Source of the DNA: Pseudomonadota bacterium
Lineage (GTDB): Bacteria; Pseudomonadota; Gammaproteobacteria; Tethybacterales; Persebacteraceae
Direction: 5' to 3'
NCBI GenBank assembly: GCA_022600535.1
Contig: JAHZKE010000079.1
Coordinates: 1 to 43,078 of the forward strand
DNA length: 43,078 nucleotides
Below the pieces are notes generated by a model. It made no database searches. It was given only the letters and a program-made list of their open reading frames with translations, and was not told the origin of the DNA. Numbering within the stretch: the first letter of the stretch is position 1; the number at the start of each line of letters is the position of its first letter. This document shows, piece by piece, positions 8,959-17,671 of the stretch. A program made the translations under genes and the position numbers.

Positions 8959-9926
8959 CGGCGATTAATTTTTCAGATTATTTAGTGCAATTTGACGGCG
9001 ACTTAAAACGCCTGCACGGTTTAATGCACAAACATTTAAGTGCCGATGTGACTCTGATTGCCGAAATGGAAGAGGAGCAATACCTCACCGGCGGCAAACG
9101 TTTGCGGGCAATTGTCGCCCTGCTTGCCGGGCGTTTGTGTGCAGTGCCGGCGGCGGCGGCAGACCAAACCGCCATTGCAATTGAATTTATCCACACCGCC
9201 ACTTTATTGCACGATGATGTTGTGGATGAAGCGCCGATGCGCCGACATTTACCTGCAGTCGCACGGGTGTATGGCAACGCCGCGGCGATATTAGCGGGGG
9301 ATTTTTTGTATTCGCGCGCATCACAGCTTTTAGCGCAAATGAATAATTTACTATTGTTGCAACGTGTTGCCGATGCAACCAATAAATTAGCAGAAGGCGA
9401 ATTACTGCAGTTAATCAACCGCGGCAAACCCGATATGGAGGAAAAAACCTACTACTCCATTATTCGCCGCAAAACGGCAAACTTATTTTCAGTGGCAGCA
9501 GCAGCAGCGGCAATTATAAGTGAGCGCGACGATGCCCCGTTATCGCGCTATGGTGAGAAATTAGGCATTGCTTTTCAGTTAGTGGATGATTGTCTGGATT
9601 ACGAAGGCGAAGGGGCGACTTTAGGCAAAAAAATCGGTGCAGATTTTAGCGAAGGCAAAGTAACCTTGCCGATTATCTTAATGTTAGCGCGCGTAGACGC
9701 CGCCAAACGCACGCAACTATTGCAAGAATGGCAGCAACAAGAAACAGCAGATAATTTTGCTCAGACCATTGCATTATTAAACGAAACCGGTGCATTAACC
9801 GCAGTCAGAGAGATCGCGCAACAAAACGTGCAAGAAGCAATAGTCGCATTAGATTGTTATCCCGACAGCGAAACAAAAGCAACACTAATCGCCTTAGCAA
9901 AAAGTTCAATCAACCGCCAAAATTAA
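8955..9926 (+). CDS. ispB: Octaprenyl-diphosphate synthase (trans-polyprenyl diphosphate synthase)
   Basis: The first aspartate-rich motif is LLHDDVVDE and the second is DDCLDY. The length is 323 aa. The start overlaps the proB stop (ATGA). Confidence 0.88.
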   Translation: MTAINFSDYLVQFDGDLKRLHGLMHKHLSADVTLIAEMEEEQYLTGGKRLRAIVALLAGRLCAVPAAAADQTAIAIEFIHTATLLHDDVVDEAPMRRHLPAVARVYGNAAAILAGDFLYSRASQLLAQMNNLLLLQRVADATNKLAEGELLQLINRGKPDMEEKTYYSIIRRKTANLFSVAAAAAAIISERDDAPLSRYGEKLGIAFQLVDDCLDYEGEGATLGKKIGADFSEGKVTLPIILMLARVDAAKRTQLLQEWQQQETADNFAQTIALLNETGALTAVREIAQQNVQEAIVALDCYPDSETKATLIALAKSSINRQN

Positions 9927-9940
9927 ATTCCACACCAAAA

Positions 9941-10002
9941 CAGCTCGCGACGCTCGTAGAATTAAATTAAGCCCTGTGGCAGGGTAAAAGTTAAGCAGTC
10001 AG
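9941..10002 (+). repeat. Dispersed intergenic repeat, copy A (core CGCTCGTAGAATTAAA + GGCAGGGTAAAAG)
   Basis: It aligns by eye with copies at 20285, 28014 and 40506. It contains the small hairpin CCCTG-TGG-CAGGG. Confidence 0.55.
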
Positions 10003-10066
10003 TTAGAATATCCGATAATTTTTGTATTACAATAAACAAATAATTACTGCCTTGGAGAAAAATAAT

Positions 10067-11131
10067 ATGCCGCTTTCGCTCTCTGCTTCCCAACTTGCTG
10101 ATTTTAATCGTGATGGTTTTTTAATCATTCCCGCGGTATTAACACAGCAGGATTTATCCGAAATTCGCAGTGCGATGGCGGCGCGTGTGGTAGATTTGTT
10201 ACAACGGTATCAGCGTTTAGGGCGGGGGAAGGGTAGTGTTGGCACCGACACCGCTGCCGATTTTTCCACTAACATCACCCACCTGCTACAAATTGCACCG
10301 GAGGCGTATCAACATATTGATATTTCCTTGCCGATGTTGCACGATTTAGCGGCGTGTCTGCCCGATTGGCAGGCGTTATTTGGTGATGCATGGCGCGATG
10401 AAGCGGGGATTTATGCCGATGCTTCTATTTTTTCTTTAGTAAGCCATCCGAATATTATTGCCATCGCCCAACAAATATTGGGGGAGGAAGTCATGGCGAG
10501 CCCGGTGCAACATGTGCGGATTAAACCACCGCAAAATTTACTCACCGGCAGTGCCGCGATTGATGCGAATACAGCGCGTACCCTGTGGCACCAAGATGAA
10601 GCCGTTGTTACCGAAGAGGCGCGCGGGGTGGATATTTTAACGGTGTGGGTGGCAATTAGCGATGCCACGTTGGAAAATGGCTGTATGCAGGCAGTCGCAG
10701 GTTCGCATACGGCGGCAGATGTTGCCGATATTGCCGACTTTGGTTTAGCCAGACATTGCCCAGGGAAGGGAGATTTAGTCGGTGAAATTTATATTCCCGA
10801 AGAAACCGTAGCCGCACTGCCGCGCACGCCGTTGTTGGCAAATGCCGGGGATGTCGTGCTGTTACACAAACGCACCCTACACGGTGCAGGTGCGAATGAA
10901 TCAAACGGCGTGCGTTGGAGTTTTGACATGCGTTACCAAGCGCTTGGCACCCCCAGCGGGCGCGAGCACTTCCCGCCTGCCATCGTTGCCAGCCACAACG
11001 CCGCGGAAATTGTGCAACATGCACAACAGTATCGCCAGCGTTGGCTACAGGCGCGCGATGCGATATTAGACGGCAGTGTAACGGCGGAATTTAATAGCCG
11101 GTGGAATAAATACGCGCCGATTTGTGCATAA
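10067..11131 (+). CDS. Fe(II)/2-oxoglutarate dioxygenase, phytanoyl-CoA dioxygenase (PhyH) family
   Basis: The N-terminus LADFNRDGFLIIPAVL is PhyH-like. A WHQDE (HxD) motif, a distal His in LHKRTLHGAG and an Arg in RWSFDMRY are present. The ATG at 10067 follows a GGAGA SD; the ORF-track start at 10022 is unlikely. Confidence 0.75.
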   Translation: MPLSLSASQLADFNRDGFLIIPAVLTQQDLSEIRSAMAARVVDLLQRYQRLGRGKGSVGTDTAADFSTNITHLLQIAPEAYQHIDISLPMLHDLAACLPDWQALFGDAWRDEAGIYADASIFSLVSHPNIIAIAQQILGEEVMASPVQHVRIKPPQNLLTGSAAIDANTARTLWHQDEAVVTEEARGVDILTVWVAISDATLENGCMQAVAGSHTAADVADIADFGLARHCPGKGDLVGEIYIPEETVAALPRTPLLANAGDVVLLHKRTLHGAGANESNGVRWSFDMRYQALGTPSGREHFPPAIVASHNAAEIVQHAQQYRQRWLQARDAILDGSVTAEFNSRWNKYAPICA

Positions 11132-11164
11132 TAGAGGTAATTTAACTTTTTAAGGGCATTGATT

Positions 11165-11740
11165 ATGACAGCAACGACTGTTTCTTTTACACAAATGCAA
11201 CACGGGAGCAAAGAAGATTATTTGCTGTTGCAACAATTAGAAGACGAATATTGTAAAGGGTTATCCGACCGTCTGTTGGCGGCGTTACGGGCATTGGAGC
11301 ATACGCTCTCCGGTTATCAGGTTTCGCGTCTGGAGCATTCGTTGCAGTCGGCAACGCGGGCACACGTTGCCGGCGAGAGTGAAGAATTGATTGTTGCCGC
11401 TTTGTTACACGATATCGGCGACGAACTGGCACCGCACTCGCACAGCGAATTAGCCGCTGCCGTGTTGCGTCCCTATGTGAGCGAAAAAACCTATTGGTTG
11501 ATTAAATATCACGGTGTTTTTCAAATGTATTATTACGCCCATCATGTCGGTGGCGATCGCAATGCCCGCGATCGTTTTCGCGGGCACCCGTGGTTTGATG
11601 ATGCTGTGCGCTTTTGCGAGGAATACGATCAAAATTGTTTTGACCCGACCTATGTTTCCAAACCGTTAGAATTTTTTGAACCCATGTTACGCACTGTGTT
11701 TTCCCGTACGCCATTTTCATTGGGGCAGTTAGTTGAATAA
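11165..11740 (+). CDS. HD-domain protein with PhnZ/MIOX-like six-ligand pattern (putative diiron oxygenase)
   Basis: The ordered ligand pattern is RLEHSLQ ... LLHDIGD ... HSHSELAAAVL ... IKYHG ... EEYDQNCFD (H, HD, H, H, D). The length of about 190 aa is similar to PhnZ-type proteins. Confidence 0.65.
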   Translation: MTATTVSFTQMQHGSKEDYLLLQQLEDEYCKGLSDRLLAALRALEHTLSGYQVSRLEHSLQSATRAHVAGESEELIVAALLHDIGDELAPHSHSELAAAVLRPYVSEKTYWLIKYHGVFQMYYYAHHVGGDRNARDRFRGHPWFDDAVRFCEEYDQNCFDPTYVSKPLEFFEPMLRTVFSRTPFSLGQLVE

Positions 11741-12263
11741 TCCACTAGTGCAAACACTCACTCCGCGCCCGCTGACAGCAGAATTTTTTGCCCCTTTCGG
11801 GCAGGTGATTGAAATACCAGCAGCAGATGCCGTCTATCAGACGATTAATTGCAGTACCTGTCGCCGTTATGATGCATTGGCAGAAGTGGATGTGAGTGGC
11901 ACGGCTGGGATTAGTATTTTTTCTGCAGTGGCGCGCGAGTTTCCTTTTCAAATTAATTTATTAGAGCGCCACCCCTTAGGGTCGCAAGCATTTATGCCAT
12001 TGGGCGAGGCAAATTTCATCATCGCCGTTGCCCCCGACGGTCACGATAATGCACCTGATTGGAATAATATACAAGTATTTAAAGCAGTTAGCGGTCAGGG
12101 CGTGAATTTTTACCGTAATGTATGGCACCATCCTTTACTGGCGATTGGCAACAAAGGGGATTTTTTGGTCGTTGACCGTTTAGGCGGCGAGGACAGCGTG
12201 GGGAATGAAAATTTAATAGAAATAAATGCACCAACAGACAGCATGTTACAAATTGTTTTGTAA
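11733..12263 (+). CDS. Ureidoglycolate lyase (AllA) family protein
   Basis: TLTPRPLTAEFFAPFGQVIE resembles the E. coli AllA N-terminus LPLSQEAFSAYGDVIE. NFYRNVWHHPLLAI is also present. The start may be the TTG at 11733 (8-nt overlap with the HD gene) or the GTG at 11748. Confidence 0.7.
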   Translation: MNNPLVQTLTPRPLTAEFFAPFGQVIEIPAADAVYQTINCSTCRRYDALAEVDVSGTAGISIFSAVAREFPFQINLLERHPLGSQAFMPLGEANFIIAVAPDGHDNAPDWNNIQVFKAVSGQGVNFYRNVWHHPLLAIGNKGDFLVVDRLGGEDSVGNENLIEINAPTDSMLQIVL

Positions 12264-12347
12264 CCGTTATAAACATCAATCAATTGCTTTTATATTTAAA
12301 TAATTTATATATTGTGTTCACTTACACAAATCAAACTATGTTGAATT

Positions 12348-14981
12348 ATGAAAAAATATTTTTTAATTCTGCAACTTAATTGGCTATTAATTGGTGCAGT
12401 AATGCTGATTATTTTGACGGGTTGCGGCGGTGGCGGTGGTGGTGCGGCGGTGCGACTGACCCCAGAAATTACGCCACCCATAAATTTCATCTCTGACTTG
12501 CCGGATGAATTTCTTACCTCTACATTTGATTTTGCGAATGTCAATACCGTATCGTTGAACTCAACGACTTATCAAAACGAAGCACAATGGGGGATTAAAA
12601 ATTCTAAGGCAAACTTAGCACATTGGACTTATAGTGGTGAAGGTGTTGATGAAGCATTGGGCAGTAGCGGTTACATTCGCGGCCATGGCGTAACGGTCGC
12701 TATTGTAGATCACGGTGTTGATTTAGATCATGAAGATTTAGTGGACAATATCGTTGTTGCTCCGGGCTTTATGTTTGCCTCTTATAATAGTTTAGATCAT
12801 GGCACACATGTCGCTGGTATTGTAGGGGCGATGTTAAATAATAAAGGAGTTGTCGGTGTTGCTCCTGAGGCGAAGTTGCTCCCAATTAATTATTTGGATG
12901 GTGGCATTAATTTGGAGGATAGTTATGCTTATGCTGCGGCGAATCACGCTTTTGTGGCAAATAATAGTTGGTCATTTTCGCAAACTTTTGTCAAGATTAG
13001 CGTTGCTGCAGATGAATGGCAAGGAAATAATGGAGCGTTGGGTGCTGATTTTTATTGGATGACGATGCCATACCGTTATTATTTTCACGGGAGTGGGAGT
13101 GAATTAGATTTTATATCTATTATTAATGGGAGTGAGCAACCTATATTGGACCCGCTGGAAAAAGCCGTATTAGACGATGAAATGTTACTCATATTTTCTA
13201 CTGGAAATACGGGTTGGAATGGATCTACAGGTAAAGTGAGTTACTGTAGTGATGCAACTTTTTCGGCACTCGCCAATAAGAAAGATTGCATTCGTAATGT
13301 TGTCATTGAGCTAGATAATACGGACATTAATGATTTAACATTGTACGGAGGGTATGCTACTGCACAGCTGACTTTCGCCATGGGTGGTTCTCAGGTGTTT
13401 GACGATCAAGGAGAAAATTTGGTTGATTTTCTTAATGATTTGCCAGTTTCAAACCCATCGCTTACGATTGGTTGGCTTAATGTAGCGGCAATAGATAGTA
13501 ATAATAATTTAGCCTCCTTTAGTAATGGTTGCGGTGCGACCAAGCATGTTTGTTTGGTCGCTCCGGGGGTGGATGTTACTTCCACTATTTTAGATGACCA
13601 GACCGGTTCTAGGAGTGGCACTTCTATGGCGGCGCCGCATGTGACTGGGGCGGCGGCATTACTCAAAGGGGCTTTTCCTAATTTGACGGCGGGAGATGTT
13701 GCTAATATAATATTACAAAGCGCTGACGGAATGGGTGATTGTGCGGGGGAAATAAGTAAAGCAGTTTCTTGTACAGATGATGCCTATGGTCACGGTGCCC
13801 TCAATGTGTCGGCAGCATTTACGCCAGTCTCATTTATTCAGATCGCAAATAATGTAGGGGGCAATTTTAGAATTGAAAATTCACACATTAATTTGTCGCC
13901 AGCGTTTGCGGGAGGGTCGTGGCGTGAGGAAACGCTCCGTATTGGTGGTTTAGATCATTACGGGAGAGCATTTTATACACGAATGGATTTGGCTGATGGG
14001 ATTTGGGTAACAAAACCAGTGCCGACTGATGAGGACGGCTTAGATAATGGGATTCATGCCGCCTACGCTGCCCCGACCGCACAGCAACAAAAGCATATCG
14101 GTTTTAGTGCGGAGGAACAATTACTGGCATACGATTGGCAAGCGTCGGCAAGCAGTACGCAAGCACTGAATTATGCGATGCAATTTCGTGCGGGTTATGC
14201 TTCTCGTAGTGCCTTGTGGCAAGGAAAAAAAAGCGATATTACTTGGCGCTATCGTGTGGGAAGTCGCGATTGGCAACCAACAGCAACCAAGGAATATTGG
14301 CAGGCAGCATTTGATAATGGTGCAGTGCATCAAATACAATGGCAGCAAAATACGCCAACAAATAGTAACACGCCGCAATTTGGTGCATTGTATGGCACTG
14401 GTGATGGTGTAGTGCAAGCAGGCGCGCGCCTCGCTTGGCAACAAGCGGATTGGCAACTGCAATTAGAAAGCGGCGTACTGCACGAAGAACAGGCGATGTT
14501 AGGGGCAAACTTTAGCGGCGGTTTTGTGGTGGAAAATACGCGCAATATTTATCAACGGATTGCCGGAAGTTATCAAATAGAGAAAGTACAATTATTTGCC
14601 GATTATGTCTATAACAATAGTCAGGCACAGACAGGTGGAATCATCAGTGCTTTGTCGGCGCGTTCGGATGAGTGGGCTTTAGGGGCAAATTACGGAAACT
14701 GGCAATTTGCACTATCGCAACCATTAGCGATTAAAAATGGTCGTATGGATTTATCGTATATTTCGGGTTATGATGATGACGGAGATTATGCGTTGAGCGA
14801 AACAAATTTAGATTTATCGGCGCGTAATCGTTTAAGTCAATTATCATTGTTATATAGCGATAATACCACCTACGACCAAACCAGTTTTGCCGTGGGCGTT
14901 GATTATTTACATAATGCCCCAGCGCGTAATTATCAGGGCGATATTTTAATGTTATCCGCCGCATGGCGCTACGTTTTTTGA
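12348..14981 (+). CDS. Subtilisin-like S8 serine protease, lipoprotein signal, C-terminal autotransporter-like beta-barrel
   Basis: A lipobox LTGC is followed by a Gly run. The catalytic motifs are VAIVDHGVD (Asp), HGTHVAG (His), NNSWS (oxyanion Asn) and GTSMAAPHVTGAAALL (Ser). The C-terminal ~280 aa are rich in alternating aromatic residues and end in ...AAWRYVF. Confidence 0.8.
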   Translation: MKKYFLILQLNWLLIGAVMLIILTGCGGGGGGAAVRLTPEITPPINFISDLPDEFLTSTFDFANVNTVSLNSTTYQNEAQWGIKNSKANLAHWTYSGEGVDEALGSSGYIRGHGVTVAIVDHGVDLDHEDLVDNIVVAPGFMFASYNSLDHGTHVAGIVGAMLNNKGVVGVAPEAKLLPINYLDGGINLEDSYAYAAANHAFVANNSWSFSQTFVKISVAADEWQGNNGALGADFYWMTMPYRYYFHGSGSELDFISIINGSEQPILDPLEKAVLDDEMLLIFSTGNTGWNGSTGKVSYCSDATFSALANKKDCIRNVVIELDNTDINDLTLYGGYATAQLTFAMGGSQVFDDQGENLVDFLNDLPVSNPSLTIGWLNVAAIDSNNNLASFSNGCGATKHVCLVAPGVDVTSTILDDQTGSRSGTSMAAPHVTGAAALLKGAFPNLTAGDVANIILQSADGMGDCAGEISKAVSCTDDAYGHGALNVSAAFTPVSFIQIANNVGGNFRIENSHINLSPAFAGGSWREETLRIGGLDHYGRAFYTRMDLADGIWVTKPVPTDEDGLDNGIHAAYAAPTAQQQKHIGFSAEEQLLAYDWQASASSTQALNYAMQFRAGYASRSALWQGKKSDITWRYRVGSRDWQPTATKEYWQAAFDNGAVHQIQWQQNTPTNSNTPQFGALYGTGDGVVQAGARLAWQQADWQLQLESGVLHEEQAMLGANFSGGFVVENTRNIYQRIAGSYQIEKVQLFADYVYNNSQAQTGGIISALSARSDEWALGANYGNWQFALSQPLAIKNGRMDLSYISGYDDDGDYALSETNLDLSARNRLSQLSLLYSDNTTYDQTSFAVGVDYLHNAPARNYQGDILMLSAAWRYVF

Positions 14982-15232
14982 TGTCTTTTGATGAAAACAA
15001 TCTTTTTTGTCGCCGCCATTGATCGTATCAAATTCAGCGATTGAACCAAATTCAGTCGTTTTGTACAATAGCAATAATTTTTATGCTAAAATAAAAATTG
15101 ACTTGGGGAGTGAATTACTTGCACAGTGCCCCCACAGAAAACCATCAAAAAAATATTGCGGTGGTATCTGCGGCATCGCGTTACATTTTTTAAGTTGTAT
15201 TATTTATTTTTTTAAAATACTTAGGAGACATA

Positions 15233-16567
15233 ATGAAAAAACAACAATATACCCGTAGAGAACTATTAAAAGGCGGCGGCGCAATGGCAGGTGCACTTGC
15301 CATGCCTTCTTTCTTTGTTCGTGATGCTTGGGCAGCGGAATTTCGCAATAACCCGACAAAATCAGGAAAGGTTGTTTTTGGTTTCAATGTGCCGCAAACC
15401 GGTGCCTATGCCGATGAAGGCGCCGATGAATTACGCGCCTATAAATTAGCCATTAAACATATCAATGGCGAAGGCGATGGCGGTATGATCAATACCATGA
15501 AGCCGTTGTCCCTCAAAGGCAATGGTGTCAATGGGCAAAAAGTATCTTTTGTTACCGGCGATACCCAAACCAAAGCCGATGCCGCACGTGCCTCTGCCAA
15601 GCGCATGATTGAAAAAGATGGCGTGATTATGTTTAGCGGCGGTTCTTCTTCCGGGGTTGCGATTGCTGTGCAATCGTTGGCGCAAGAAATGGGTGTTGTC
15701 TTTATGTGCGGGTTAACGCACTCTAACGATACCACCGGTAAAGACAAACGTCGTTACGGTTTTCGTCACTTCTTCAACACCCACATGTCGGGTGCTGCAT
15801 TAGGTCCTGTACTTGAGCAAATGGGTAACGATCGTCGTGCTTATCACTTAACCGCCGATTACACTTGGGGTTGGTCGCAAGAAGGTTCCATCAAAGATGT
15901 ATCCGAAGGGCTTGGTTGGGATACCGTTTCCGCCGTGCGCACGCCGTTAGGGGCGGGTGACTTCTCGCAATACATTACGCCGGTGCTCGATTCGGGTGCG
16001 GATGTTTTGATTTTGAATCATTACGGTAAAGATATGGTGAACTCCTTAACGCAGGCAGTGCAATTTGGGTTGCGCGATAAGCAAGTCAATGGTCGTCCGT
16101 TTGAAATTGTCGTGCCGTTGTATTCGCGTTTGATGGCACAAGGTGCAGGTAAAAACATCAAAGGCATTTATGGCACAACGAACTGGAACTGGTCTTTGAA
16201 AGACGAAGGGTCGCAAGCATTTGTTAAATCCTTTGGTCAAGAATACGGCTTCCCGCCATCACAAGCAGCGCATACTTGCTATGTGCAAGCCGTGTTGTAT
16301 GCGAATGCCTGTCAGGAAGTCGGCACTTTCTATCCGCCGGAAGTCATTAAACAGTTAGAAGGGTTTAAGTTTGACGGCATGGGGAATGGTCCTACCGAAT
16401 ACCGTGCCGATGATCATCAATGCTTTAAAGATGTGTTGGTGGTGCGCGGTAATGAAAATCCGACCAGTCAATTTGACTTATTGGAAGTGGTGGAAGTTGT
16501 CCCGCGGAAGCAGGTGGAATATAAAGCTTCTATCTTTGGCGGCGAGTTAGGTCCTTACGAAGTTTAA
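15233..16567 (+). CDS. ABC transporter substrate-binding protein, Liv/amide-type (type 1 PBP) with twin-arginine signal
   Basis: The signal is TRRELLKGGGAMAGALAMPSFFVRDAWA. The mature part is LivK-family-like. The gene heads a 5-gene ABC operon. Confidence 0.8.
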   Translation: MKKQQYTRRELLKGGGAMAGALAMPSFFVRDAWAAEFRNNPTKSGKVVFGFNVPQTGAYADEGADELRAYKLAIKHINGEGDGGMINTMKPLSLKGNGVNGQKVSFVTGDTQTKADAARASAKRMIEKDGVIMFSGGSSSGVAIAVQSLAQEMGVVFMCGLTHSNDTTGKDKRRYGFRHFFNTHMSGAALGPVLEQMGNDRRAYHLTADYTWGWSQEGSIKDVSEGLGWDTVSAVRTPLGAGDFSQYITPVLDSGADVLILNHYGKDMVNSLTQAVQFGLRDKQVNGRPFEIVVPLYSRLMAQGAGKNIKGIYGTTNWNWSLKDEGSQAFVKSFGQEYGFPPSQAAHTCYVQAVLYANACQEVGTFYPPEVIKQLEGFKFDGMGNGPTEYRADDHQCFKDVLVVRGNENPTSQFDLLEVVEVVPRKQVEYKASIFGGELGPYEV

Positions 16568-16600
16568 TAAAAACGCATTATTAAACGAAAATAACTGTTG

Positions 16601-16623
16601 CCCCGCCGACACTGTCGGTGGGG
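16601..16623 (+). terminator. Intra-operon hairpin (possible attenuator) between the SBP gene and the permease genes
   Basis: CCCCGCCGAC-ACT-GTCGGTGGGG forms a 10-bp stem with one G-U pair. Only a weak T tract follows (TGCGGTTTATTATT). Confidence 0.4.
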
Positions 16624-16653
16624 TGCGGTTTATTATTGGAGGATAAGAAAAAA

Positions 16654-17670
16654 ATGGATGCGTTCATTTTACAATTACTGAATGGTTTAGACAAAGGCGG
16701 TGCTTATGCACTGATTGCATTGGGGCTGACACTGGTTTTCGGCACATTGGGCGTTGTTAATTTTGCCCACGGTGCTTTATTTATGTTGGGTGCCTTTTGT
16801 GCCGTAACCTTGCAAAAAATATTAACGCTTTCGCAAAAGGTAAAAGACGAAAGCATTACTTTTTTTGATGCCTATAAAGAACAACCCTATTTAGAAATAT
16901 GGTTTGGCGAAACAGGCACGACAATTATTGAGTGGTCTGTTCCCCTATCGTTGTTACTGGCGGTGCCGGTAATGCTAACTATCGGCTTGGCGATGGAACG
17001 CGGGTTGATTCAATTTTTCTATAAAAGAACACATGCACAGCAAATATTAGTCACCTTCGGGTTAGCGATTGTCGTGCAGGAAATTATTAAATCTTTTTAC
17101 GGAGCAAACCCGATTCCTATGCCGGCACCGCCGTTGCTGTCAGGCACGGCACCGATTGGAGAATTTTTGGGCATCGGCGATGTCGTTGCTTATCCGTGGT
17201 GGCGGCTCATCTATTTATTGTTTTCGTTTCTCATCATTGGCGCGGTATTTTTATTTTTAAAATATACCACCTACGGCATGGTGGTGCGTGCCGGTATGCA
17301 AGATAGAGCAACGGTAGAATTATTAGGGATTAATGTAGAGCGGCGCTTTACGATTGTCTTTGGCATTGCGGCGGTGGTTGCCGGATTGGCAGGGGTGATG
17401 TACACCCCGATTGTCCCCCCCGACTATCACATGGGGATGGACTTTTTAGTGCTGTCATTTGTTGTTGTTGTGGTCGGCGGTATGGGTTCGTTGCCCGGGG
17501 CGGTATTGGCAGGTTTTATGTTGGGGATTTTACAATCATTCGCTTCTACCAACGAAGTGAAAAATATATTCCCCGGGATTGATCAAATTATTATTTATTT
17601 AGTCGCGATGATTGTCTTACTTACGCGCCCGCGTGGCTTGTTGGGTAAAAAAGGAATGATGGAAAGTTAA
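16654..17670 (+). CDS. Branched-chain-amino-acid-type ABC permease (LivH-like)
   Basis: The N-terminus [30 protein letters not shown] is the canonical LivH-family N-terminus. The protein is polytopic. The ATG at 16654 follows a GGAGGA SD. Confidence 0.88.
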   Translation: MDAFILQLLNGLDKGGAYALIALGLTLVFGTLGVVNFAHGALFMLGAFCAVTLQKILTLSQKVKDESITFFDAYKEQPYLEIWFGETGTTIIEWSVPLSLLLAVPVMLTIGLAMERGLIQFFYKRTHAQQILVTFGLAIVVQEIIKSFYGANPIPMPAPPLLSGTAPIGEFLGIGDVVAYPWWRLIYLLFSFLIIGAVFLFLKYTTYGMVVRAGMQDRATVELLGINVERRFTIVFGIAAVVAGLAGVMYTPIVPPDYHMGMDFLVLSFVVVVVGGMGSLPGAVLAGFMLGILQSFASTNEVKNIFPGIDQIIIYLVAMIVLLTRPRGLLGKKGMMES

Positions 17671-17671
17671 T

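Noticed and set aside
15007-15258. An 83-aa plus-strand ORF upstream of, and overlapping, the ABC binding-protein gene.
   Set aside because: It begins with a non-ATG start in an AT-rich promoter region and is low-complexity. It overlaps the well-supported ATG/RBS of the SBP gene and has no recognisable motif.
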